From: the human T2T-CHM13v2.0 reference genome, Homo sapiens
Assembly (NCBI RefSeq): GCF_009914755.1
Contig: NC_060933.1
Strand: one strand, 5' to 3'
DNA: 64,000 nucleotides
Under the pieces are notes generated by a model. That model saw only the letters and a program-made list of their open reading frames with translations, was not told where the DNA came from and ran no database searches. This document shows positions 23,510 through 36,860 of this stretch, piece after piece. The translations under genes and the position numbers were made by a program. The number at the start of each line of letters is the position of its first letter. Position 1 is the stretch's first letter.

Positions 23510-25330
23510 CTGGGGGATGAGAACACAATGACACTTCCACAGGGGCTGGCAGTTTCTCAGAAAACACGACGTGCAGACACATGGCCTTGCAGGGAACCTT
23601 TCACAAAAGGGCATGAAGTCTGTCCCCCTGCAGGCAAGACCCTCACTCAAATCTTCACTCTCATTGCACTTTAAGGCAACTGACGGCACACACGCCATGA
23701 GCAGAAACCACGGTCTTATTCGGCAATTTTACAAACTCATCAAAGAAAACACTTATCCGCGAATTTGCACTTGACTTTCTAAAACCAGCGCGCCCCCCAC
23801 AACACTGATACTGGTCAAGTGAGTCCCTGCACACAGCAGCCACACCCCACGGCCTCGCACTCCCGTCCCGCGTGTGGAAGCTTCGTGGCCGGGGCAGCAG
23901 GCCTCGTGCTGCCGCTCCTCCCCAGCCACCCTGCTCCTGTCTGGTTCTGCTCAGGCTGAAGGGGCAGCAACAGGGTCTCCGTGGCAGAGAGACCACAGGA
24001 GTGGCATCTCAGGATTTTGGAAGAAACCCTGCGTGCGCCACCACCACATCGGGCGTACGTCTTTCCTTCTCTTAACAGAGGAACAAAACCAGCTGCTCCT
24101 CAAACCAAGGGCCCTGGCTAAAGGTGTGAACTGGGCGCCCCGCGTGGCCGTGCCTCTCCTGAGCTGGGTGTGTCTGCGAAGAGCTGATCGCTACTCTGGG
24201 GCCACACTGGTCTCTGCTCTGGGCCATGCCGTGACTCTGTGCTGAAGAGCACTCCTCCTGCACGAGTGGAGCCTGGCTGCCCCGAACGCACCAGCATGCC
24301 AGGCAGGTAGGGGAGCGTGCCCGGCACCAAGACGGTCCCACACCCGCCTCTTCTCAGGGGAACACCTGCCTCTGGTCTGCGTGTGTGGAGGCCCCGCCCG
24401 AGACAGCAAGGGCACGAGGGGCCTTGGGACAGGGGTGAGGGGTCTGGGAGAGCCACACACTGCTAGCGGTTCCTCAGCCCTCCACAGAGAATCCTGGCCA
24501 ACCATCTGGAGGCAGCCTGGCGTCACCATCAAACCTGGAGGGGGCGGTGCTGGGGTGCCAGGAGGGCAGCCAGGGCACAAAGCGAGACGGTCACAGTGCA
24601 GGTGTCTGCAGCTGCCTTCCCAAGTGCGTCTCCAAAAGCCCTCGCAGGGGCAAAGCTGTTTCCTACATTCACCGCAAGGCCCCTCACAGTGGACAGAAAA
24701 ACAGTCGCCTATCAAGTTGCAAGGAGGAGGAGGAGAAGCTCAGGGTGAGTGCTGGGCGAACGCATGTGCAGTGAGGCCTTTCTCTCGTCTCCGGGAAGAC
24801 TGTCAGCAATAATGACTCTCCGTGAGCTGCCCCTGCACCTGGTCCCTGGACCTTATTTAGACTTGGCCAGAAGCAAGGCTTCAGAACTGTACGTGTGAAA
24901 TCAAAGTATGACGATAGAAACGACGTTTTACAGAATCTTGGATTTGGCAAAAATGTTGAGAGTTCAGAATACGGCAACGAAAAAAATCTTAGTAATAATG
25001 CATACAAAATACAGAATGACCTCAAGGTGAGCTGGGCGTGTCATAAAAATGAGATCTTCTGCAAAGCCCCCTCTTAGTTTCAAACCTAGGGTTAGGCCAC
25101 CTTCTGAACCCCTCCCACCGCCAAGCTCATTCATCCTAACAGTCTTCTCCAGACACCAGTGACTTTGCTGAGTAACATTAACTAAGCTTCTGATAATGAA
25201 CAAGACCTAAAGCCACAGACAGGACACGAGATGCCGACACAGTGACCGGCACCTGCAAATCTCATCACAGATCCACCGCCAACCCCAATCACACCACGTG
25301 TGACACCTGGAGCCCACGCAGAGGCCGTAC

Positions 25331-25421
25331 CTCCCGTCCAAGGTAGGAGCTGTTGCTTTCAAAGACAATAGCCACGTAATGGCTGCCACGGTTGTCAAGA
25401 AGGGAAAGAACATCACTGGGC
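25331..25421 (-). CDS. QSOX2: QSOX2 exon 5
   Basis: PSDVLSLLDNRGSHYVAIVFESNSSYLGRE; 91 nt. Confidence 0.94.
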
Positions 25422-25574
25422 CTTTCAAGAGGAAAAAAAGAGGCTTTTAGTGCCGTCAACAGCAGCGAGTTGGCCACCACATCCCAGTGGCCACATCACT
25501 TAATAGAAACCTATTACGTTTCTTGCACAGTTCAACACGAGTCTAACGGCCGCCTTCTTCATGGAGCTACTCAC

Positions 25575-25680
25575 TGAATGGGGTCTAGGCGCGGGCAGGC
25601 AGGGGGCCGGCTTCCTTCCGTGTGGTTCTGCAGGAAGTCAATCATCGTCTGTCTGACTGTTCGCAGCTCTCGGTCAGGTC
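25575..25680 (-). CDS. QSOX2: QSOX2 exon 4
   Basis: GPDRELRTVRQTMIDFLQNHTEGSRPPACPRLDPIQ; 106 nt; CA|GTGAGT donor. Confidence 0.94.
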
Positions 25681-26428
25681 CTGCCGGAAGCACACCAGGG
25701 TCAGAGCTGTGTGTGCGGCTGTCCTCGTGGGGCAGGCATACACCCAGGGACAGCAGCCCCGTCCCAGCCTGGGGCCCAAAGACAGCAGGGTGCAGGTGGC
25801 AGCAACATGTGCAATCCCAATGGGTGTGCCCAATGCCACCCACAGGCGTGGTACAGACAGCGCTGGATTCACACAACTGGAGACCACACAGCAATGACAC
25901 AAGCATGGGTGGGCCACAGGGACAGGCAACAGAGGCAGATGGCAAGACACGGCACTGCGAGGAGCAGGCCAGGCGGCTCCACTGGGTCACTCACAGGCAG
26001 AGCCCCCCCAGGGCGCGGCGAGGAGCAGGCCAGGCAGCTCCACCGGGTCCCTCACAGGCAGAGCCCCCCAGGGTGTGGCCTGCGGGGTCTGATCACACTC
26101 TGGGCGATGCTCGGCTGGGTGGGATCATTTGTAAAAATTCATCGGGTGGGTACATGTGATCTGTGCACATCTCCAAATATTTTTACAATAAAAAATTTAC
26201 TCTGAAAAAGTTTTTACTACAATATTTGCCAAGCAAGGCAAAGCACAAAATTAAAATTTCTCTTTGAAACTATTAATATCTGAACTCTTAAGGGAAAGCA
26301 GGCAGGAAGGTCAGCAGAGGGAAAGGTGCTGACCCAGGCTGGGAGCTCCCCAGGCTCTGGGACCGTGTGTCTTTAGCAGGTTTATGAGGGGAATCTCAGG
26401 GACTAAAATACAATGCTTATGTCCTTAC

Positions 26429-26477
26429 CTTTAAAATTTTCTCCAGTTGTAAACTCCTTTGTAAATGCTTTAAAATA
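26429..26477 (-). CDS. QSOX2: QSOX2 exon 3
   Basis: YFKAFTKEFTTGENFK; 49 nt; CTCTTAG| and G|GTAAGG; restores phase between exons 2 and 4. Confidence 0.92.
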
Positions 26478-28250
26478 CTAAGAGGAAAAACACAGAACAA
26501 GTAAGAGGCAGCCTTCCATGGGCATCTGCATGTGTTTAAGCAACAAAACGCCCGTCACCTTAGAGGGAGCTTTACTCAATTTCCTTCGGAAAGTTTTCAT
26601 AAATTAATGACAAACCACACGCTTCTCCTTGTCTTTGTGCATATTAATGTTTCCTGTCAGATTTACGAGGGGGCTAAGGTTAGCTCCAATCAGCATTCCC
26701 ATCATTTACATTTTCTGACCCAACAGGGCTAGAAGCAAGACAGTTCAACTGGGCTGGAATCATAAAAGACACCGCTCTCTGGGACTTGGTAGTGAGCCTA
26801 TGTCTTAATGGTTAGCTGTAGCGTTAGCTGTGACAACACGGAGGATGTGCAGGAGGAGGAGACACCACGCAGTATCTCTGAGTGGATGATTAGGTTCTTA
26901 TGTTAACATTAAAAACTTTCTTCATCAAAGGGTACGTTAGAGACAGCGACGAGACAAGGTTACATGATGGCGGAGATGAGGTCGGTAAGAAAAGCACTGG
27001 CCAGCTAAGAGGGAAACGTGCAGATGACAGGAAGACACTTCACCCATGACACCCACGGCCCACAAAGCCAGATGTGCTGGCACTGCAGCCGCCAGGGAAA
27101 TGCAAACGAAGCCGCCAGTGCTTCCTGCTGCACTGGTCCCTGGGCGAGCACAAAACTGCCTGACACTGCTGGCCCTGCAGGTCTGTTGTGCACAGACCCG
27201 GTTCGCGGCCCAGTGGCTTCTCTCCCAGCCTCAGCTCTCCCCTTGCCCGGGAAGGCGCACAGCAGCGCCGTTCAAAGCCACCAAAGCCTGGAAGAGCCCA
27301 CACACCTGGCAACGGGGGGCTCTGGTTCTCAGAGTGACGTCACTGGACAATCCCATCCAATGAGCATCGTAGTGGATCTGGGCAATGTCCCATTAAGTAA
27401 CAGAAAGAGGGCCCGAAAGTTTACATACAGCACAGTGTGAACTGTGTCTGAAGCAAAATCAAAATACAACAGGAAGCCATGCTGACGTAATCACACGCAG
27501 AGGCAGGCAAGCAAGTGTGCGACACAGGCCCCGAGAGGCCCTGGGGCAGGGCTGACACCGGTGCCGCCCAGCGTGGCACCTGTTAGGGCAGGACCACAGG
27601 TGCTGCCAGCACAGTGAAAACAACAGCCCCCAAAATACAAGCGAAGCCACCATGACATGACACCACACCACACAGCAAGGCACCAGGGCTGACAAGGACG
27701 GAGTTTTACTCAAATTGACAAAGCTTCCCAGGAAGTGGGCCCAAGGCGCCCACGTTTCTGGAGATGTCCATGTCAAGGCACGCAGGAGGCAGTGGCACCC
27801 GCAGGTACACACATGCTATGCACGGGCCTGCAACAGGGTCACAGGTACCTCCGCCCCCTAGTGGGAGCAATGGGCACAGCCTTGTCTGCAGGGCTGACTT
27901 TGGCTGGGGAAGGCAGAGGCCCTGTGCCTGTGTGTGCGTGTGTGTGTGCATGAGTGTGCATGTGTGAGAGCCCCATGGTACACGGACCACACGCGTGGCT
28001 TCAGGCTGGGGTGCCAGCCCTCGCAGTCCTGGTCTCCTTGCGCCCCCTGGCCGTGCAGGCTGCAGGGGGTCTTTTCACGCATCCCCTCCATGTGACCGGG
28101 TCTGTGTGAGCGTGGACAGTCCCACAGACACTTCCACAGCACAACAGGGTGGAACAAGAGCTGCCCCCACCAAACATCAGCTCCTACAATTCCTACGAAG
28201 TTCCAAGGAGAGAGCCAGAGAAGCCGAAAACACAGGCACTATGATGTGGC

Positions 28251-28360
28251 GAATTTCAACAGACAAGCAGCCGCGTGATGCTCACCTGGAAGGTGGGGTA
28301 GAAGGTGAATTTCAACGGACAAGCAGCCGCGTGATACTCACCCGGAAGGTGGGGTAGAAG
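28251..28360. repeat. 56-bp tandem duplication spanning the QSOX2 exon 2 donor
   Basis: gaatttcaac(a/g)gacaagcagccgcgtgat(g/a)ctcacc(t/c)ggaaggtggggtagaag at 28251 and 28307. Confidence 0.95.
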
Positions 28361-28442
28361 TGGATGTCGTAGTCATGGCACACGGCCTGGTTCTTCTCTT
28401 CCATGCAGTCCAGAGCTGCGACGCGAATGGCACTGGCCCAGT
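28342..28442 (-). CDS. QSOX2: QSOX2 exon 2 (thioredoxin domain)
   Basis: DWASAIRVAALDCMEEKNQAVCHDYDIHFYPTFR; 101 nt; TTTCAG| and CGG|GTGAGT. Confidence 0.95.
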
Positions 28443-29217
28443 CTGAAAAGCAGGAGCATGACCTTCAGTGTGGTGAGCACTGGACTCCCGGGAAGCCCAG
28501 GACCCAGCAGTCCCCACTCCAGGCTGCGGCCACCTGCGAGACCAGCCCACCTGCCCCCTCTAGGTCATCAGTTAGGCCCTCATCACACAGAGCGTCTATG
28601 TGGAGCTAGGAGAGAGAACTCCACCAACAGCACGATGCCTCTCCTACCACAGATAGTCACAGAACAAGCGGATTTGTGCTGAACCTGCACATCACGGAGC
28701 AGGGACAAGGCTGTGGGCCCCTAATTAAATGACACCCTGATGGATGAAAGCGCTGGTAACAGACGCGGCTGTCAGCGGCCGGCACTTAAGTCAGGACAGC
28801 AAGCAAGTACGTGCAGATTAATCAGATACGGTCCAGGCTGTTTGGCAAAAACATTCCCGTGTTCTCACTCCAGCGAGTACTGGCAGCATCTGAGCAGGGT
28901 CTTTCAAGGCAAGGATGCGTGCACAGACACATGTGAAGTGGTTTCCAACACCATCCCAGACACTGCCCGCAAACCCTGGAACACCTATGCCATTTTGGGG
29001 AGGCTAAAAGGAACCATAAATTTTTTTGTTCCTATCTCTAAAGTTTTTGCTATGGAAAATTTCTAACATGCAAATAAAATAGAGATAAAAATGTAACAAA
29101 TCCCACACATTCTACCTCTTGGATCAATAATTATCAGCTCAAGGTGAATCCTGTTTTGCCAAAGTCTCCACCCACTTTCAGAACTGTCCCACAACAAATC
29201 TCAGCACGTCATTTCTA

Positions 29218-29532
<315 letters not shown>

Positions 29533-31566
29533 AGTCCCTATTTGTTCGTTTAAAGTTTGTTTGAATCAAGATCCCAGCGAGGCTTGTTGGTTACTGCTGG
29601 TGGGTCCTGGCACTTTCCTTCTCTGGGTTTGACTGACAACATCCCGGACTCCTGGCATTTCTGTAACAGGGCACTCAGATCTAGATTCTTGTCTGATTTG
29701 TTTGGTGACATTACTTTGTAGGTAGTGGAACATGCTTCCACCCAGAGGCAAGCGACGCCTCTCTCCTTAGTGATCACGACCTAAATGCATTAATGCACCA
29801 GGGCTGCAGTGAAATGGTGACGTGTCATCTCTCACCGTTTGCTCATGATGAGCTGGGACAATTCTGTAAAGAGAGACCTGCCCTCACTGCAACCCAGCGG
29901 AATGACTCACATGAGGAAGGGGAGTGCCTGGCTCGTGCTTCAGTCACCAGTATCAAAGTCATGGTTTCCGAAGCTGACCAGTGAGGTTTTCTTTTTAAAA
30001 GATTTGTGTTCTTCCTCTGGGATGTAAAAATTGCACTGCCAACAATTCACAAATATTTCCTGGCTCCTCACTCTGTAGGGGTCCTTCCAGGCCCTGAGAC
30101 TTTGAGGGGACAGCCTAAAGGGGCACCACTGGGTCAAGGGATGGGTGCTGGCTATCCTGGAGCCTGGAGGCCTCAGCAGAGTCGGCAGTGTGGCAGGGCA
30201 CGCCGCACCGTGGGAGAGGCAGGTGCAGAGGCGAGACCCAGGCACCCAGCAAATGGACCTGCCTGGAGGAATGGAGCCAGCCACGTGGGGTGCTGCCCTG
30301 GCACAGCCTTGTGACCGGAAGCCCAGTGATTTCTGAACGGGAGGGAACGTTATGTCTGCCTGTCACTGAGATACTGATGAGGCTCTTTTTTGCCTTGTAT
30401 TCCGATTCTGCCCACTTGTCTAAATCAATGATTCCACTATAAATCATGTAAAAAGAGTAAGAGTCTTTTCTGAGAGCGAGCTATGATCTCAAACTCCAGA
30501 GGTTCTGTTAAAAGCATGCCTGGAAGAGACGGAACATATCACCAGACTCTGTACAAATATGAAGGCTTGTGTGTGTTAGCGGTTCAGATTGCTATTTTTC
30601 TACATAATATACCACAGCTCTGTTTCAGATACTGGCCTTTTCTCCCTGTAATTTAAAAATAAAAAAGAAAGAAACCTCTTTCAGAAACAATGACCAAATA
30701 CCGTTCCCGCTTACGCTGGCTAAGTGAAACCAATTCAGGTTTTGAGGCCACTTTCAGTGGATGAGGGAGAAGCGACACGAGCTCTCTGCATCCCCGGCCA
30801 CTCCTTGCCCAAGCCTCAGACCACATGGAACTGAGGAAGAAGGGTTCATGCTCTCACCCAGTCAGCGCAGCAGACGGCACGGGACGCGGAAACAGGAGGT
30901 GCTCCCAGCAGCCCCGCCGTGGGCAGCTCACGGGCGGACCCCTCCACAGCCCCGGCTCCTCAGCCCGTGCATCCTGGCGAAGTGTCTCATTTCTGTGGCC
31001 TTTTATCTGGCTCACAATTCCACATGGTTTCATTCTGTTTATTGGGAATTTCTATAACACATTTTTATTCCACACTTTTTTTAAAAAAAAGCACCTTTGT
31101 GCCCAGAAAGAACATGTAACAAAACAAAAAGTTGCTCTGAGAGCCCAGACTGCACACACAACAGAATCACGGCCGTGTGACATCATCAAGCCGGCCTAGA
31201 AACAGCAAAAACAAAAGACGGGAAGAAGAAAACGTTCCAAGATGTTTGCCAGGATTTGGTTTTCACGGTGGGATCTGGTCCCATCTGTGGTTTCTCAGAT
31301 TTGTCTTAGGGCATGTTACCTACACAAACAAACACACAGCACATCCCTGCTGCCCCAGGCACTTGCTGGCCACATCACACCCTGCCCTCCTCTGGCCACC
31401 TCTCCTGCATGTTTCCTAGTTTCTATCTTCCCGTAGATCTTGGTACAAGGTGGCAACACAGAGCCCTGCACAGCGACCGTGGAACTCTCCCGGCACCTCA
31501 GGTGAAGGCCGCTTGGACAGTCTGGGCCCAGGCCAGGTGGTGCTGCTCTTTTTAAATAACCCTCCT

Positions 31567-31935
<369 letters not shown>

Positions 31936-33439
31936 TCAGCCCTGCAGTAAACAACTCTGTAACACCTGGAATGCAGAATCCCAGGTGCCAAAGGGCTGAG
32001 CCCAGGAGGAACAGAGGCATGATCCGACCCAGGCCTCACAACTGCTCTGATTCCTGTGCCCCACTCCCAACAAGCTCATCCACCGCAGGGCGCTGCCCAA
32101 AAACACATGAGCCTCAGTACTCGGCCTCCGTGACGGCATCCTTATCACGTCGGGCCACAAATCCACCCTGTCACTGGCTCCTCACAGGCTGTCCCCAATG
32201 AGGCTTCAGATTCCCAAGACCAAATGTCTGCTGGTTGTTTCTACCTGTTACTCTTCCATGATAAGCCAGTAAACACTCAAATCAAGACTTAAGTACATAA
32301 TTCTAACATTCTGAACCGAGCTGGAAGGCGCCTGGGAGAGTCCCGGCCTCCAGAGGATCCGCCAGACCCAGCACTGCTCCGCTCACTTGTCCCCTCCTCT
32401 CCCCTCCAGCCATGCACAGGCCTGACCTCCGTCCCACCACCCCTGGGCCTCTGCCCTGTCTCCTCCCTGGTGGAACTCTTTCCACTGATCTGTTCCTGGT
32501 TGCTTTCCCATCTATTTCACAATTTGAACACAGGTAACACCTCAGCAAGGACTTCCCTGACCCCCTGCCCAGGCCTAGTTTCATTGGCAGGAAAAGCCTC
32601 CGACCGGCCTTGTTTCCATGGGAAGTAAATTTACACAGCCCTTTACAGTTGACAAAGCTTTCTGACCAAATTATCTACCACGGGAGTGGCCTGGTGACAA
32701 ACGCAGGATCCTACAGACGGGGAAACTGATGCTCACAGAGGCCGAGGAAGGCTCCAAAGTCCGTCAGGTCCGCATAGCACACACCTCGAGCATGGAGGGC
32801 AAACGTCCTAACAGGCGTGCCCGACTCCGACTAGCGTGTGACCAGAATACGCCCCCATCCTACCGTGGCGAATGAAGACTCCCCGTCACGCAGGTGACAT
32901 GCTGCAGCCCAAACATGCATCAGCTACGCCCTGAGGCAAACACCTGTGGAGGAATCATTCCACCAACTCCCTTACAAAGGCTCCCGCAGGACACGCTGCC
33001 TCCTTCAACATGTAGAAAACCAAGGCTTTGCAAAAGCAAAAGATCTTCATCTTCCCAACATATTTCACACCGTCTCTCCACTAGACCAGAGGGCTCTGCC
33101 CTTGGAAGGCAGGGATCCGTGTCCAATCAGCCTGGCGGCCCATCCCCACACATAGGAGGCCCCTGGCCAGTGCTCAGGGGCTTGTGCGAAATGACGCGGC
33201 AGAAGGGCAGTGCCCCTCACAGCCCCACACTGATCGCTCCTTACCCAGCCCGCTACCATGGCCTCCGTGCAGTTTCTTCAGCCCTTAATGCTTTGGAAGC
33301 ACCCGGACCCACCTTATTCCTTTTGAGCTTCCATCAAAGGCTGTGGTGTGAATGTCACCGCCCCTACTTGGCAGATGAGGACACCGAGCTCCAAGTCCTC
33401 AGAGGCCGAGAGAGGGAGAGCGAGCCTCAGGGCCGGCAA

Positions 33440-33505
33440 TCCGCCCCCTCCACCCCCTCCACCCTCTCCACCCCCTCCACCCCCTCCACCCTCTCCGCCT
33501 CCTCC
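33440..33505. repeat. (CCACCCCCT)n 9-bp simple repeat
   Basis: Seen directly. Confidence 0.85.
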
Positions 33506-34222
33506 GCAGGTCCCATCTGCCAGGCTCTCCCAGCGAAGAGAAACCTCTGCTCTGGAACTGTCCCACCCACTGACCCTCAGACACATAAACAGGGAGGCAG
33601 AGGAAACTAAGGAAGTCCTCACTTCGTGTCACTGACAGGCTCCTGGAAACGGTGGCTTGAAGGGGAAGGACACATAACAAAACCAGTTTTTTTTCTCTCA
33701 TCCACGTTATAAGGAAATGACGTTGACAGAAATGTCGTTATCTGAGGACCTGCCGTCTTCCTTGCACTTCGCGTGGCAGTTTGCAGGAACCGTTGAGGCT
33801 GTGCAGTGAGCGCTTTCCGCACAGGGCAGGCAGCCTCCCTCACCTCCTGTCCCCTCCTCTTCGTGACACATGGGAAGGGGTCACCTTGACCAATATGTCT
33901 TTAAACTGCGTGTGTCCACTTAAATACGCACATTTTTTCAACAAATGTATTGGGAAATTTTTTGGAGATATGTGACAATTTGAAAAAACTTGCAGATGAG
34001 CCACACGGCCTAGAAATATACAAAAAATTAAGAAAAGGCATGTCATGAATGCAGAGACCATATGTAGATGCTGTTTTATCATTTACTACCACAAAATATA
34101 TACAAATCTATTATAAAAAGTTACAATGCATCAAAACTCACACACGCAAAACTTACAGACCACACACAGCACCATTCACAGTACAGAGAAAGGTAAACCA
34201 CTGTCAGGATACAGCGTAAGTC

Positions 34223-34527
34223 GGGGCCTGGAGGCTCATGGCTATAATCCAAGCACTTTGTGAGGCTGAGGCCGGTGGATCACTTGAGCCCAGGAGTTTA
34301 AGACCAGCCTGGGCAACATAGGGAGTCCCTGTCTCTGCAAAAAATTTTAAAATTAGCCAGGCACGGTGGTCCCAGCTACTCAGCAGGTTGAGATGGGAGA
34401 ACTACTTGAGCTCAGGAGGTCAAGGCTGCGGTGAGCCGAGATTGCACCACTGCACTCCAGCCTGGGTAGAGTGAGAACCTGTCTCAAAAAAAAAAAAAAA
34501 AAAAAAGAAAAAAGAAAAAAAAAGAAA
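34223..34527 (+). mobile_element. Alu (AluJ-like) inserted in Tigger2
   Basis: Alu consensus with a long A tail. Confidence 0.9.
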
Positions 34528-35593
34528 ATCATGGAGGAGAAAGGACATCTGCCTGAACAGGTATTTTTATGCAGGCGCAAGTGCCCTATTAGGGAAAAAA
34601 TGCCACAAAGGACATGAATTAGGAAGGAAGAGGAGCGAGCACCAGTCGGGAGAGGCTGACTCTGCTGTTTGTGCACACGCTGCCGGGTGTATCAGCAGGA
34701 CTGCCCTTAGCTATAAAGCCGCTAACCCTGAGCCTCGAACAAGAAAGACAAACAGCAGCTGCCAGTCTTCTGGTTGCACGAGAAGGCCTGGGCAATGAGA
34801 AACACTTTTCCAGATGCTTTGTCCCTGAAGCCAGGAAGTACCTTCCAGTAAGGGACTGCCTTTTACAGTGATTTCATCTTGCTGAATGCCCCTGGCCACG
34901 AAGAACTCATGAGTTCAACACCGAAGGCTTCATCAGTCTACCTGCTCCCCAAACACAATGAGCCTTACTCTAGATCTGGGGTCCTAAGGCCCTTTAGGGC
35001 TCATTACACAGTCCTCTCAGGACGGCCAACACGGTGGCAGAGAACCTCACAGAGGAAACATGATGACAGCTGGAAGGACTGCACCACTGAAGACGCCATC
35101 GTTGTTATAGGAAGAGCCGTGAAGGCTGTCGAGCCCACACAAACTCCCGCTGGAGAAAACTGTGTCCACAGGCTGTGTCTGACCTCACGGGATTTATGAC
35201 AGAGCCAATCAAGGAAACCACGAGAGGTCGTGGATGTGGTCAAAAGGGAGGGGAGAAGGGTTCCATGAGACGAATCGTGCAGCAACTCAAGAGAACAGAA
35301 GACGACGCTGTGGAGCCAAGTGCCTCCTCACCAGTGCCAAACACAAACGCACCATCACCTGGCAGGACTCTCAACACTCGAGACGGTTTTTGCTTTCTTC
35401 TATGACACGGACCCTTTTCTAAAACAGGCACTAAAACTAAAGCAAACAGTGGAAGGAAGACTGGGACCACACAGAAACCGTTTAGAGAAATAAAAAGCAA
35501 GAAAGCCAGACAGAAGGCACAACGTACCTCCATGAAGTGACACGGAACACGCCTGCCTCCCCTCTACTGCCTCCACCTCCTCTGCCGCTGCAA

Positions 35594-35722
35594 CCTGGGG
35601 CAGGACAAAGGCCTTCACGAGGCTCCACCTGGGGCAGCCTGGCCGGGACAAAGGCCTTCACGAGGCTCCACCTGGGGCAGCCTGGCCAGGACAAAGGCCT
35701 TCACGTGGCTCCACCTGGGGCA
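35594..35722. repeat. 43-bp tandem repeat (~3 copies)
   Basis: ggacaaaggccttcacgaggctccacctggggcagcctggcc at 35603, 35646 and 35689. Confidence 0.88.
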
Positions 35723-36291
35723 CTTCCTGAGCAGAAGGCCTACTTCTCTTTTGTGCGACGATCTTCTCTAGCTTCCTTTACTGTAAGAACACAGTACGGA
35801 ACACGTGTAACACACAAAGTTTGTGTCAATCGACCGTTTGTCACTGGTAAGGCTTCCAGTCAACGGTGGGCTATGAGCTCAGTTTTTGGGGAGTCGCAGG
35901 TTATATACACATTTTTGACTGTACAGGAGCTGGCACCCCCAGCCCGCAAGTTGTCTGAGGGTCAACTGCACACGTAACGGGAGTGCTGCCCTTCTAACTG
36001 AGCCCCTGGAGGGCCGCCCAGATGTCCGGCAGATGTCCCACACCTTTTCCAGCTCAGCGTTGACAACGCACCATCCTAGAGCAACGGTGGCAAATTCTTC
36101 TTGGCCTGACAGAGACACTTTATGGAGAAAAAAGTGACAGAGTTCACACAGCCCCTTCAGAGCTAGCACGCTGGCACCCAGGAACCTTCCTGGGCGTGAG
36201 GCTGCTGTCACTAAGACCTCTCCTGTGAACCTCGCATCAGCAGGTGGAGACGGAAGCAGGGCCCTGGAGGAAGCCCCGATGGCCATCCCCG

Positions 36292-36523
36292 GCTTGGGAG
36301 CAAGGCTGGTCTCCACGAGGCCCCCCAGCTCCACTGCGCCCGCCCCAGCCTCATCGCGCCACACCCCAGCTTGGGAGCAAGGCTGGTCTCCACAAGGCCC
36401 CCCAGCTCCACTGCGCCTGCCCCAGCCTCATCGCGCCACACCCCAGCTTGGGAGCAAGGCTGGTCTCCACGAGGCCCCCCAGCTCCACTGCGCCCGCCCC
36501 AGCCTCATCGCGCCACACCCCAG
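36292..36523. repeat. 77-bp tandem repeat (3 copies)
   Basis: gcttgggagcaaggctggtctccac... at 36292, 36369 and 36446. Confidence 0.92.
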
Positions 36524-36764
36524 CGACCACAGGCGAGTCTTGCTCCAGTCATGTCTGGACTGTGTGACCCCCGCTCCCTTTACCGGGCTCGTTCCTATTT
36601 GCCTTCCAGGTCTCCATCCGAATGCCACTTCATCTGAGTCTACCCTGACCGCTGTTCAACTGGTTCCCCCGCCCATGGCCCATGCTCAGCAGACCCTCCT
36701 TGCAGGTGGAGACCCAGCCAGGCAGCTTCACATCCAGCTCTGCTGCTTACTGGGTTTTGAGAAT

Positions 36765-36860
36765 TGGGGCAAGTAACAATCTCTTCTTGCCTCAGTTGCT
36801 CCATCTGTAAAATGGAGATGCCAAGGAAGATCCATCTCCCAAGGGCAGTGTGAGGATCGG
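36765..36860 (+). mobile_element. MIR fragment
   Basis: gggcaagt...gcctcagtt...catctgtaaaatggagat core. Confidence 0.65.

Larger units (their letters stand above)
33878..35968 (+). mobile_element. Tigger2-like (Tc1/mariner-pogo) DNA transposon relic interrupted by an Alu
   Basis: Left end ...ccttgaccaa...aactgcgtgtgtccactta...gaaattttttggagat; right end ...gttgtctgagggtcaactg (TIR-like); degenerate transposase remnants (IMEEKGHLPEQVF; LLNAPGH...GVLRPFRAHYT). Confidence 0.8.

Noticed and set aside
34879-35199. Transposase-like ORF as a domesticated gene
   Set aside because: Fragmentary, frameshifted and Alu-interrupted Tigger2 remnant.
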